NCBI GenBank assembly: GCA_951406725.2 | Contig: OX597823.1 | Span: 744,001 to 808,000 of the forward strand | DNA: 64,000 nt | Direction: 5' to 3' | Source: Octopus vulgaris | Taxonomy: Eukaryota | Part shown: piece by piece, positions 38,321 to 52,125 of the stretch | Numbering within the stretch: the first letter of the stretch is position 1 | How the letters are laid out: each line of letters starts with the position of its first letter | Notes under the pieces: model-generated | Told to the model about the DNA's origin: nothing | Databases searched by the model: none | Seen by the model: only the letters and a program-made list of their open reading frames with translations | Made by a program: the position numbers and the translations under genes

Positions 38321-38529
38321 GTATGGGAAGGAGAGATGTTATTCAGCACCTGAAAAGGTTTCCGTGATCGTTTGATAGACATGTCACATCAGTTGTTCTA
38401 GCTTTTAACCTACCATCATTCCAACATGTTAAAATTGTTGCCCCTACTGAGGTCGAGTTAAGGAAGTATTGTAAATGAAAGTGTTTTGGGTATTGTAAAG
38501 ATAAGCGTTACTGGTGCTGCAGATATAAA

Positions 38530-39530
38530 TCATCATCATCATCATCATCATCATTTAGCGTCCGCTTTCCATGCTAGCATGGGTTGGATGGTTCAACTGG
38601 GGTCTGTGAAGCCAGAAGGCTGCATCAAGCCCAGTCTGATCTGACAGTGTTTCTACGGCTTGATGCCCTTCCTAACACCAACCACTCCGTGAGTGTAGTG
38701 GGTGCTTTTTACATGCCACCTGCACAGGTGCCAGACGGAGCTGGCAAACGGCCACGGACGGATGATGCTTTTTACATGCCACCGGCATGGGTGCCAGGCG
38801 ATGCTGGCAATGGCCACGATCGGATGGTGCTTTTTACATGCCACCGGCACGGGGGCAAGGCGAGGCTGGCAACGGCCACGAACAGATGGTGCTTTTACGT
38901 GCCACCGGCACAGGGGCCAGGCGAGGCTGGCAACGGCCACGAACGGATGGTTCTATGTGCCACCGGCACGAGGGCCAGGCGAGGCTGGCAACGACCATGA
39001 ACGGATGGTGCTTTTACATGCCACCGGCACAGGGGCCAGGCGAAGCTGGCAACGGCCACGAACGGATGGTGCTTTTTACGTGCCACCGGCACGGAAGCCA
39101 GTTGGGGTGGCGCTGGCAACGGCCACGATCGGATGGTTCGCTTACTTGTCACCGGCACTGGTATCACAGCTGCAATTTCCATTGATGTTGATCGACTTCG
39201 ATTTTGGTTCTGCTTTCTGATATCTGATTTGATTTGGTTTGATTTTGATTTTGATTTTCACTTGCCTCAACGGGTCTTTACAAGTGGAGTTCTGTGTCCC
39301 AAGAAAGAAAGTTATGTATAAGTCGACTGGTTACATACCAGGTAGAGGCCACGGGTTATGGTCTCACTAGTCTTGCCGGGTCTTCTCACTCACAGCATAC
39401 TTCCATAGGTCTTGGTCTCTAGTCATTTCCTTGGTGAGACCTAAAGTTTGAAGGTCGTGCTTCACCACCTCGTCCCAGGTTTTTCTGGGTCTACCTCTTC
39501 CACAGGTTCCCTCAACTGCTAGGGTGTGGC
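38530..39530 (-). mobile_element. RTE LINE 3' end with expanded UTR array
   Basis: GTCGRGRPRKTWDEVVKHDL C-terminus at 39370-39530, (GATTT)n, ~61-bp array 38701-39160, conserved tail, (ATC)n. Confidence 0.92.
38701..39160 (-). repeat. ~61-bp tandem array, 7 units plus a partial, GC-rich multi-hairpin
   Basis: Unit GGTGCTTTTTACRTGCCACCGGCACRGGGGCCAGGCGAGGCTGGCAACGGCCACGAACGGAT. Confidence 0.95.
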
Positions 39531-39560
39531 TAAAAATAAAAATAAATATAAATATGCCAA

Positions 39561-40069
39561 TGTTAAATTAAGTAAGCAAATAGGCTGCTATCAGGCTGGG
39601 CTAGAGAAAGGAAAAGGGGAGAGATTACTGGTAGAAGAGTGGAGACTACCAGTAGGAGAGAACTGATTTCTGGTTAGAGGAATGGGATTTATATATATAA
39701 CACTCTCTCTTGCCTTCATTCTTACCTTTTTTCTTTCTCTCACCCTCTCACTTCTATTCTAGTCTTTCGACTTTCTCCTTTTCTCTCTCTCCCTCTCTCT
39801 TACTATCTCTCTCTTCTGCCTACTGCTGTCACATGGCCTGTGGCCAGCTCTCTCCCTTTCTCACACTGGTCCCATAGCTGACCAGTCACAAACTCTCTGC
39901 CTCTCCATTCTCCTTCCTTTAGGATATCTTCTAAGTCTTATCCCCTATTCTTGTCCTCTTGGCCCTAAGGCCATATTTTGTTTGTCTGTTCGTCCCTGTC
40001 CACTGTCCGAAATCACACACTCTGTTGTTTTACTTTGTCTTGTTTGCTCTCGGCCCTGAATTCTCCACA
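39561..40069 (+). mobile_element. Solo-LTR candidate
   Basis: TGTTA...CCACA ends; purine-rich then TATATATAA then pyrimidine-rich layout. No clear TSD. Confidence 0.3.
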
Positions 40070-40336
40070 AGAACAAAATGTTGTGGGAATCGCCAATATG
40101 GGAAGCCTTAGTCTTATCATTAATTGTATGAAGCAGAGTTGATAACTTGTTGATAACTGATGAAGAATTAGGGATTTTCTCTGTTTGTCTCCCGTCTGAT
40201 TGGACCCTCAGTATGTGTTATGTCATTTGTTTATTTACCATACATTTTTTTTCTTTTATTATGTATATATACATGTATGTGGATATATATGTAAATATAC
40301 AAATGTATATGTGTGTATATATATATGTATATATAT

Positions 40337-40368
<32 letters not shown>

Positions 40369-40490
40369 GCACACATATGTTTTTACATACAATGCATATA
40401 TATATATATATACACACACACTTACATATGATGCACATATATGTATATATGCATATATATATATATATATGTATGTATATATATATATAT

Positions 40491-40745
40491 GACAATTGTG
40501 GTAAATAATTCCCTAATGCAGATAGCTTAATTAGATATAAATAAATTGAAGCCGGAGAGAAACCATGTGATTGTGGTTTCTGTGGTGAATCAATCTCCCT
40601 TGCAAATACCTTAATCATACATGCAGAAGAAACCCCATATCAGTGTGATATCTGTGAGAAACTGTTTTCACAAAATTCTGTATTAATTAAACACAACCAT
40701 ATTAATACAAGAAAGAAACCATACCATTGCGTTTATCAGTGATAA
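40491..40745 (+). pseudogene. Decayed tandem C2H2 zinc-finger array
   Basis: DNCGK*FPNADSLIRYK*IEAGEKPCDCGFCGESISLANTLIIHAEETPYQCDICEKLFSQNSVLIKHNHINTRKKPYHC: TGEKP-like linkers, in-frame stops, lost His ligands. Confidence 0.85.
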
Positions 40746-40998
40746 GCTATTCTTTGACTCAAACAAGAAACAAGTTGTTTCTAACCAGAAGAGCAACATA
40801 ACTGGTAGCCAGAGTGAATTATTCTCTCAAATATCTCACCTGATTATGTAAACTGTAAGTATTCCAGTTTGTAGAATATGTTGACCATTTCAATTCTAAG
40901 AGATGGTCGAAAGGCTTTCAGCAAAACCCCTCTTAATGCATGCCAGCATGTAAAAGCAGATGTAAAAACAATAAGGACAAGGAAAAATATTTACATCT

Positions 40999-41092
<94 letters not shown>

Positions 41093-41210
41093 GTCTGTCT
41101 GTCTCTCTTTCTGTCTGTCTGTCTGTCTGTCTGTCTGTATGTATGTATGTATGTATGTATGTATGTATCATGTTATAATAAAACCACAAATATTGTTAAA
41201 GACAACTACC

Positions 41211-41635
41211 CAGGACTTCCTGGTTGAAATAATAATTTATTTCACCATTTTTCAAGCTGAGAAGAAGACTGTTTCTCAGTTTATCTTTTGAGCAGATGAT
41301 TTTTAAATAAGAGATGCTGATGAAGAACTTGAGAACCTCCAATGAATGCATAAATTCCCAGAATGAGATTATTTTCTGTATGTCCGTATTTCAACAGATA
41401 CATCTTATCGGAATTTAAAAATAGACCAGCAGACACTTTGTAAACTACCAGCATCTTGTTTCCATCTGACACAGAATTATTGGGAACATTGATTATCGCC
41501 CTTGTATTTTTCTTTTGTCTTCTTCATTATCGGCATCTCTTGTTTAAAACGTTATCTGCCCAAAAGACAACTAACGAACGATATTCTCAGCTTGATAAAT
41601 AGTGAAGGAATAATTATTTCAACCAGGAAACCCTG
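41211..41635. mobile_element. Old MITE with ~55-bp TIRs (CAGG start, hAT-like)
   Basis: CAGGACTTCCTGGTTGAAATAAT..TTCACCATTTTTCAAGCTGAGAA vs reverse complement of TTCTCAGCTTGATAAATAGTGAA..ATTATTTCAACCAGGAAACCCTG. TSD not preserved. Confidence 0.6.
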
Positions 41636-41740
41636 CACCCTGGGTGACTGTATTTAACAAGATTTGTGGTTTTATTTTAACATTATCTTTACTCTCTTAG
41701 CTGATCAAATGTTCTGCTTATTGAAGCCTTACCACATAAG

Positions 41741-41788
<48 letters not shown>

Positions 41789-41823
41789 ATGTGTGTGTGT
41801 GTGTATATATATATATGTATATG

Positions 41824-41916
<93 letters not shown>

Positions 41917-42400
41917 GTATCCAGGTATGCATATATGGCTACAGGACAACATAAAATGTAAATAACATGAAATACGAAAATAAAGTTGGGTATGCAAAGA
42001 ACGAGAGAAACAAATGGAAAACATGACAAGTAACATAAAAAACAGCCCTTCATCAGTTGTCGGTTGTCCTTCTACTCCATATTTCCAGCAATGAATGATA
42101 ATATAAGACTTTGAAGGCAGTTGCTTCTGCGAACCAAAATAAAATTTGGGATTTGCGAAGAGTCAAAGTTGGTAACAAAAACAAGACATACAACAAAGCA
42201 AATGAAACAAAGACAAAGAGGGAGGACCGTTCGGCCAGGACGTGGTAAGGTAGCGAAAACTGGAAGAAGATTCTTTGATAAGAGAAAAGATAGGAGAGGA
42301 GGCAGATAAGAATGCATCTGGAGTGCGAGAGAGACTGAAGAAAAAGAAAGATGACTACATGAGGGAAAGAAGGATAGATGAATGCCACATTGTGAGCAAT

Positions 42401-42434
<34 letters not shown>

Positions 42435-42511
42435 CAGACAGACAGACAGATAGAAAATGGTGAAAGGGAGAAAAAAGAATTAGAGAAAGGATGAGAGAGA
42501 AAATGAAAGGG

Positions 42512-42613
<102 letters not shown>

Positions 42614-43699
42614 AAGTAGTAAAGAACAGAGTCGTATCAAATATATTAAGATAAACTTACTTGGAAATGGATGCATGGCATTCAATCAAATAATGATATA
42701 AATAATATATATATATGCATATATACATACATATATATATATGTATGTACATTTTATATGTTTCCAATTTGGAAATAGATAATAAATACATTTTACTACA
42801 TTATTTTATTTATGTACATTTAGCATTTATAGTACAATTGGTAAGAAAAGTAATTTTGTCATAGAGAATTACGACTTATAATTCACACTAGGTAATCCTT
42901 CATACTAACTGCTAGAGTTTACAACAATTCGAATAAGTCTTGTTGGATTTAAGCCATAGACATGGCATAAAAAAATAGCCAATATCTCAAGGAATGAGTG
43001 TCGTGGAGTTTAATAACATCCTACGAACACTGAGTAATTTCCCCAAAATCAATGATTTTATAACTGCTCATACCCAAATTCTAAGAACCATATTTTGTGA
43101 AAGATTTCTTTGACAAAAGTTTAGAATTCGTATATGGGAAGTAATTTTAACCAATGGGATACCAACAATTAGGCTTGTTTGGGCAAACGAACATTACGTC
43201 ATATTGCTGCCTTTTATAACTTGCTACGCATGTATGATGGTGACACTTGTTTACAACAAACATATATTGTCAAATACACACACACATGTGTATATTTATA
43301 CATATATATATTATTTTATTCTTTTATTCTTTTACATGTTTCAGTCATTTGACTGCAGCCATGCTGGAGCACTGCCTTTAGTCAAGCAAATCAATCCCAG
43401 TTTTAGAGTCAGAGCTAGTCATACTCAAAGCCAGAAAATGATATGAAGAAGGAAGACATAGAAGAAACGGTAACTGACTGGGTGGGAGGTGGAGCAGGGA
43501 GGCCGAGGGAGAAAATGTAATTGACCTGTGTTATTGACAGCTGGGAGTTGGTACATGAAAACCTGCTGAGGGCAACACAGTATGGAACCTTATATTTGTA
43601 TACATACATATGGAAAATGACTGTCCTAGAATAAATATAGAGAATCCCATCTCTTATTGAAGATGTACACAAATTTCTGTACAAGGAATACTGTTAGAA

Positions 43700-44050
43700 T
43701 ACTGTCCCTTCAAAATATCTGTCAAGTGTAAGCATAATGGTCGAGATATTGTTGTTTGGGACAGACAAGAAAAAGTCTGTGTTGTCACAGCGGTCCGCTT
43801 GTTCCGCTGATGTGGATATCCCTTTGAAAATCAAAGTGAAAGGGAATAGCTGTGGACAACTGTTTTGAAACCTTCAGCTTCAATATCAAGAATTCAAATT
43901 CACATTTATACCAACAACGATTGCAGCACTTGGTTTTGTCAGTAAATGCCTAAGTGACAATCTGGATAAGCCAGGGTTTCAACATTATAATTACAATCTA
44001 TAAATGGAACAGTAAAAATATTCAAGACTTTTCTCAAGTTTAAAATGTGA
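43700..44050 (+). mobile_element. RLE LINE 3' fragment
   Basis: CKHNGRDIVVWDRQEKVC, NLQLQYQEFKFTFIPTTIAALG, INGTVKIFKTFLKF*. Confidence 0.7.
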
Positions 44051-44214
44051 CATTGCTTTTATTATCTCCATTCCAATGATGAAGCTTTGCATCTTCCTTA
44101 GAAACCAGCTCCTGCCTCAAATGAAGAATCTAAATGATAAAAAAAAAACAGAAGAGAACATACATCCATTCTTACATACGTACATACATACATATGTACA
44201 TACATACATGCATG

Positions 44215-44246
<32 letters not shown>

Positions 44247-44270
44247 CATACATACATACATACATACATA

Positions 44271-44819
44271 CATGCCTTGATGCAATACCAGGCAAAGGCA
44301 CTCAAGGTTTTGCCAGAAGTGATAATATGTCCGTGTTTAGTCAAGGTGTAAAAGATGAGCTACAACAAATATTCTGCTCAACACCACGGATTTGCTTGTT
44401 AGTTGTTTGACCTCAACCAGTTGAGTACGTCCCTTTGTGGTTGATGATATGAGCATCTCTGCTTACGAGCAGGAGTAGTGGGGGAGCATCATAGCCACGT
44501 GGTGAGAAGGATTCTTCGTGGCTTGAATAATTCCCCACTGAAAACATGGGTGTTTCACGTTCCATATTCAAGAAATTTTCTTCACGTCAAGTAGCCCCTC
44601 TCTTATTCAGAGAGGGGCTACTTTGACTTGAAGAAAATTCTAATTCTGTCCCACCTGCAAGGGCATGTAGTGTTTATCTTGATATAAGATCACTATGTTG
44701 TCCATATATAGTTGTGATGCATGTGCCTGGTGTATGCTTATCAGGCAGGTAGTCATGACGAGTATATTGGGTTTCATGTATTTCTACTTCAGTGTCACTT
44801 CAAGTCTGCTGGTCTCTCA
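44271..44819. mobile_element. ~555-bp non-coding element, older inverted copy
   Basis: Reverse complement of 33221-33778 with the same two ends, more diverged. Confidence 0.75.
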
Positions 44820-45769
44820 CACATATGTATGTATATATGAACATACTTTGAGCCTTAGTATTCTCTCCCAGTGTTGTGCTGCTTGTTGTTATTATGTCTA
44901 TAGAACACATTGGTATTGTTGTTTCTGCATTTTATTCCAAAAACTTCATTGTGGAGAGACAACCCTCAAAAGACGACCCCACAACATTCGTTTGGTCAAT
45001 GTTGCATCAGATAATAATTGTTAAATAAACTGTCAGAGTTAAATAGAGCAACCACTGTTAATGTAAGCAAGGCGTGATCCAACGAATTTTTCAGATATTT
45101 AAAAATTGCTGCTGCAGTTTCTGACATTAAATGATAACTGTTCAACATTTGAAATGTCACACACCCCATCACAGGAGGGTGGGGCGGTGGGGGATGGGGG
45201 GTGGGGTGGCAACTATGCTTTTAAGTTCTGGGAGTAAAATTCTTTGAATGTCTGAACAAGATGTTTTTCCTGTTCATATGACATATCATGCCCAAAGTAC
45301 TTCTACTCTGTCAACAGCTGGCCTCAACCTTTGACTGGCCTTATCCAAATTATACAGCTACATATTTGAAGACATACTGTCATTTCCTCTAATTACCAAA
45401 TGATGTTGTTGTTGTGGTTGTTATAAGCAAGTTGTTGTTGTCAAAGTGACATCATCACTCTCACTGACAAATCCTTTTCTTCTTTTTTTTTCATGCCAGT
45501 TGTAAAAATCATTTATTTTTTTATTCTTTACTTGTTTCAGTTATTTGACTGTGGCCATGCTGGAGCACTGCCTTTTGTCAAAGAAGTTCACTGCAGGACT
45601 TATTCTATGTAAGCCTTGTACTTATTCTATCAGCCTCTTTTGCCGAATCACTAGGTTATGAGGACATCAACACACCAACATTGGTTGTCAAGTGATGGTG
45701 GGGGAACAAACACAGGCACACATATACACACAAACATATTCATATATATGTAGATATATATCCACTAAA

Positions 45770-46672
<903 letters not shown>

Positions 46673-47764
46673 ATGTATGTATGTATGTATGTATGTATGT
46701 GTGTATGTATGTATGTATGTATGTATGTATGTATGTATGTATGTATTTGTGTGTGTATGTATGCATGTATGCTTGCATGTATGCATGTATGCATGTATGT
46801 ATGTATGCATCTATGTGTATGTATGTATGTATATATGTACGTATGTGTGTGTGTATGTATGTATGTATGTATGTATGTATGTATGTATGTATGTATGTAT
46901 GTGTGTATGTATGTATGTATGTGTGTATGTATGTATGTATGTATGTGTGTATGTATGTATGTATGTGTGTGTGTATGTATGTATGTATGTGTGTGTGTAT
47001 GTATGTGTGTGTGTGTGTGTGTATGCATCTATGTGTATGTATGTATGCATCTATGTGTATGTATGTATGTATGTATATATGTATGTATGTATGTGTGTGT
47101 GTATGTATGTATGTATGTATGTATGTATGTATGTATGTATGTATGTATGTATGTATGTATGTATGTATGTATGTATGTATGTGTGTATGTATGTATGTAT
47201 GTGTGTGTGTGTATGTATGTATGTATGTATGTATGTATGTATGTATGTATGTATGTATGTATGTATGTGTGTATGTATGTATGTATGTATGTATGTATGT
47301 ATGTATGTATGTGTGTGTGTATGTATGTATGTATGTATGTATGTATGTGTGTGTGTATGTATGTGTGTGTGTATTTATGCATGCATATATGTATGCATTT
47401 CAGAAGCAGCATTCCAATTTCTCTCAGAACCAAACTGAAATCTTGTCTGACACAGAATGATTGAATATTGAACGTAAAATGCAAAGGGTCAACACCTCAC
47501 TGTATTCACACGGCAGGTTCTGATGAAATATCAGGCTGCTGTTTTCATTTAAATGTGATTTAATGCACAATGCATGCACCCTGTAAGAACACTTATATTT
47601 TACAGATGAGAATTTGAGCAAAGGTGAGGATTTAATCAATGGACAACAACACCTGTGTAACAAATGAAGTTTGGTGACAGAGATGCAAGGCTGACCAGAC
47701 TCACCTCAACTTGTTGCTAATCTCCAGATTTGCTGAAGACTGTTATAACTCACTTTCACCAAAT

Positions 47765-48330
47765 TGCTGAAGGAATAATAATTGATCCCTCTGAGACCAA
47801 CTGGCTGTCACCATTACACAGTCTTCCCAGCACCACCACCACCACCACCACCACCACCACACAAAGATACCAGGTGACAGTTGTCTTTGTGATGACTATT
47901 TTTCATTCAACAACCTCTTCCATCCTTGATCATAACCTGGTTCCCCATTTACAGGATTTTCCTTCCTTCCTTCCTTCCTTCCTTCATGATGTATGAGTTT
48001 TCTTGAACATGCATATTGTCAGGGGACATAACCAGATTCCTACAGGACTGGCTTGTAGCCACAAGATGGTCAGTTGGCCTTTACTAATTTGAGCAGATAC
48101 TTATTTCACCTTCTCAATGCTGCATGGTTATTCTAGAGACTGACTGACTGGGAGTTTACCCTTCACTGAAGGCACACCTTGATGATCTACTTGTTAGAAC
48201 AAGCTCAACAAAAGATGACTAACGGATGCCTAAACTTCCTCCTCCAGCCACGGAACTTTTATTGTAAAGTGTCATAAATAGCCGTAAGCTCCTGTTTGGT
48301 GTGTCCTTGCTTGACCATGCAGAGCTTGTC
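47765..48330 (+). mobile_element. Ty3/gypsy RT remnant, highly decayed
   Basis: GII.PS...WLSPLH, D...PHLQDF, downstream QIP and GL..FE traces. Confidence 0.55.
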
Positions 48331-48538
48331 TAGTGGTCATCCAATATTTTGCTGCACCTATATTACTGCCTAAGTTAAAAGAATTTCTTGGTTGGCCTGA
48401 AGGAGAGTCAACACTTGGACCTTGATCCCTGTAAGGGCCCTAAATATTGATCAATCACTCGGATATTTGATACACAAGCTTCTCTTGAGTTGTAAGGAAA
48501 CACAGATCTCAAATCTATATTTTTTTAAATTGACATGC

Positions 48539-48569
<31 letters not shown>

Positions 48570-48570
<1 letters not shown>

Positions 48571-51500
48571 GGTTGAGGAATAATTCAAGAGTGTTTTTTC
48601 AAATTCGTTTTAAATAACAGAACTACAACAAATTAATCGATAATATATTTTCCGTTGTTATTTATGACTTCCTATCATCGTTCAATAAGTTTCTTGATGC
48701 CTCGGTGATAGAAACCTCCTGTTCTTGATTTAAAGAATTCGTCCAACCAAGCCCTCAGTTCCATGTCCTTATTGAACAATACACTGCACAAAGCATTTGA
48801 ATGCAGTTGAAAGAGAAGAAAATCTGATGACACCAAGTCTGAATGGAGTATGGAAGATGAGGCAGCATTTCCCATTTGAGTTCTTGAATCATGGGCTTGG
48901 TCATATTGGTGATTTGAGGATGGACGTTGTTGTGTTGCAGAAGAATGCCATTTTGCCTATTTGGTCTTTTTTGCTGAATTACTTCATTGAATTGGTGCAG
49001 CTGTTCATAATGAATTATGCCTTCCCAGTACCACCATTCTCACAACATGGTCTTTCAAGGATGAAGCTCTGTTTTGCTCATGGATTCGCTTGTTTGTCAT
49101 TCTTTTCACTTCTTCGTATTGACATAACGGCACCATTTTTCATTACCAGAAAACACTGTTTGTGACCACGAATTGAGCATTGTCGAGCAAGCAAACTGAT
49201 AGAGATTGTGGAGCATTGATTTTTGTTGCTTTCGCTCAAAGTGAGTGGCACCCAAGTGCCAAGTTTCTTAACCTTGCCCATTGAGTGAAGGTCATTCAGC
49301 AAAGTTTATTATAACAATCCATCTGCCCCCACCAATTCTCTGGTCGTTTGACATGGATTTTCATGAAGAAGTTGATTCAATCACTCTTCATCAAACTCAT
49401 TTGGTCAACTGGTGTGTGATCCGTCCCTGAGATTAAAATCCCCATTTTTGAAGTGCTTGGGCTGAATTCAAAAATCTAGATTCCACTGCAGCTTTTGAGG
49501 TGTACAAAACTCAACAAGACCGAGCCATGAAAATTGAAAAGGAAGAACGCTTCAGATATGAATACAAAATCGCGGCAAACGCCAGTCGCAATCCAAAAAC
49601 CTTCTTTGCCCATGTCCAACGGAATTCCCACTTGAATAACCAAATTGCAACATTGGTAGACTCAACAGGCGTATCGATTGAGGACCCTTATCAACAAAGT
49701 CAATTATTTGCCGAGGCTTTTTCAACTATTTTCAAACAAGATGATGGTCGTGAACCCCTTCCATGTGATAGATTGGTACCTTCAATGCTTCGATTGGTCA
49801 TCACATGGGACAAAGTCGAATGCGTTATTCAAGGCCTCGATGTCAACAAGGGTCACGGCCCTGATGGCATACACCCATGGGTTATCAAAGCATTGGCTCC
49901 GGTCATCTGCGAGCCCTTAACATCGTCTATTCAATATGTCATTGGCGACAGGTGTTATACTTGCGGACTGGAGAACAGCAATAATCTGCCCAATTTTCAA
50001 GAAAGGGAGCCGCGAAGACCCACTTAACTACCGACCGGTTTCCCTTACATCAATAATCAGCAAGATGTTCGAAACCATCCTTAAGAAAAGTATGATGCTC
50101 CACCTCCAAAACACAGCCTCTATCTCTGATTCCCAACACGGCTTCGTGCCGAAGAGATCATGCTTGACCAACTTACTGGTAATGGAAGAATTGGGGACGT
50201 GCATCCTCGATGATAGTGATGCTGTTGACATCGTTTTATTAGACTTTGCCAAAGCTTTTGACTCGGTAAACCACCGCCTATTACTTGTCAAGCTTCAAGC
50301 ATATAGTTTCCATCTGGATATTGTATGATGGGTTGGTGCCTTCTTCTCAGATCGCTCCTTCCAAGTCCAAGTTAATGGTTCGCGGTCCGACGTCTCCAGT
50401 GCGAGCAGTGGCATGCCTCAAGGTTCAGTGCTTGGGCCCTTATTGTTCTTAGTCTTCATAAATGACTTGCTCAACGACCTCACGCAACACACCCTTCTAT
50501 TTGCCGATGATGTCAAACTGGTCGCTCCTCGCAGTGATATAGATGATCTTCGATGATGCCTCCACCCAGTTTGGAGATGGTCTAACGAATGGGACCTGTG
50601 CCTGAATGTGTTAAAGTGCTGTCATCTCCCTGTTGGCCCTCCTCCTGCAACTCAACTTGATTTCGAGCTGGGTCATCTGCTGCTGGAGAGGACCGATCAG
50701 GTAAAGGACCTGGGTATCTTGGTGGATTCCTCCTTTTCGCCTTCGGCCCAGTGCGTCCATGCTGCCAACAAAGCACACGGAGTTCTGTTCTTGATTCGAC
50801 GGTCATTCGGAATGTTCACAGCAGCCATATTCCTACCGCTCTATGTCATGCTGGTGAGACCCATATTGGAGTACGGGATTCAAGCCTCTTCTCCTTATCT
50901 CCTCAAAGACATACAGCATCTCGAAAGAGTCCAGAAGTTGGCTACCCGCATGGTTCATGGTCTCAATCATATGTCTTATGAGGAAAGGCTGAAGACGCTC
51001 AACCTTTATTCTCTAGAAAAACGACGACGCCGTGGTGATCTCATTCTTGCTCACAACATCATAAGCAGAAAGTGTAACCTCTCGAAAGAGCTGTTCTTCA
51101 CTCCTGCTCCAGAGCGTTGACTGCGGGGGTCATTCCGAAAAGCTCTATCTGCGACGATTTCATCTCAATTGAAGGAGAGGGGCTTTCTCCATCCGGGTTG
51201 CGGATCTGTGGAATAAGGTGCCGGACGAGATGGTGAAGATGCCGACGACCGCTTGGTTCAAAGTCTTCCTTGACCACAAGTGGCCTGAACTCTTTACATG
51301 AACACCACCCTGTACATAACTCCATGTCCCCCTACATGGCCTTGCTCTTTGCTTTTTGAGCCAAAAAATTAACTGACTAACTAACTACTTTGAGGCATTG
51401 ATCCTTCTCCATACACAACACAAATCTTACGAGCATCCACAACACTTCGATTAAATGCAAAAAGTAAATGGTGTTGAAAATGTTCAGGTTTGTCTTCTTG

Positions 51501-51681
51501 ACATTCCATTTTAATGATCTAAAAATATGCAAAAATCATTAAAATTTAATAATCAAAACACACTTCCTTGTAGAGCAAAAAATTCTCTTTTAAATATCAT
51601 AAAACATTTTGCCAACACATTTTATTTCTGCGTGCATTTTCAAATTTGAGAAAATCACTCATGAATTATTCCTCAACTCAA
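48570..51681 (-). mobile_element. mariner element with both TIRs, split by a CR1 insertion
   Basis: TIRs GTTGAGGAATAATTCA.GAGTG at 48572 and CACTCATGAATTATTCCTCAAC at 51657-51678. Motifs KKLGTWVP.TL, SDLVSSDFLLF, GIKKLIER; N-terminal ICVVYGEG on the far side of the insertion. Confidence 0.88.
49459..51386 (+). mobile_element. CR1-clade LINE, 5'-truncated
   Basis: NPKTFF, KGHGPDGIHP, NYRPVSLTS, QHGF..KRSCLTNL, DFAKAFDSVNH, PQGSVLGPLLFL.FINDL, LFADDVKL, KDLG, RPILEYG, LERVQ..ATR; (AACT)n tail. Confidence 0.93.
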
Positions 51682-52091
51682 AACATATTTGTAAATGATG
51701 TTATGGTTTTGTAAACAGCAATTTAGTGCAACAAACTGATAAGAATTGAATGCTGACTCTCTTGTTTATGAAGCAAACATGTCCGTATATTCCTGCCAAG
51801 AGACTTGCAGCCTACTTCTACCAAATTCAGAAAGACGTCGAGCATGTTTAGAAAAGAAGCAATGTAAGGACCTCTCTGAGGGAGATTTTGTTGATTTTAA
51901 GGTCTCTAACTGATGTCAGCTAATGTGTTGTGTTAAGATATTGTTTTAATTTAGAATATATGTATGTATGGTTATATATATATATATATATTTATGTCAT
52001 CATCATCATCATCACCATCATCATTGAACATTCACTTTCCATACTGGAATAGGATAGACAGTGCCAGCATGGAAAGTGGATACTAAATGAT

Positions 52092-52125
<34 letters not shown>

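Noticed and set aside
38701-39160. CRISPR-like appearance of the 61-bp array
   Set aside because: Eukaryotic LINE UTR context, no cas genes, and only a 6-11 nt loop varies rather than unique 25-45 nt spacers.
38584-39220. Repetitive 130-170 aa ORFs over the array
   Set aside because: Antisense to the LINE, GC-rich repeat open in several frames, no protein-like features.
42030-42065. CTGATGA on the minus strand as another hammerhead
   Set aside because: No stem II closure and GAAA found at a suitable distance.
47470-47520. Helitron helicase-like words (KGQ, HGQ)
   Set aside because: Too short and out of frame; no supporting motifs nearby.
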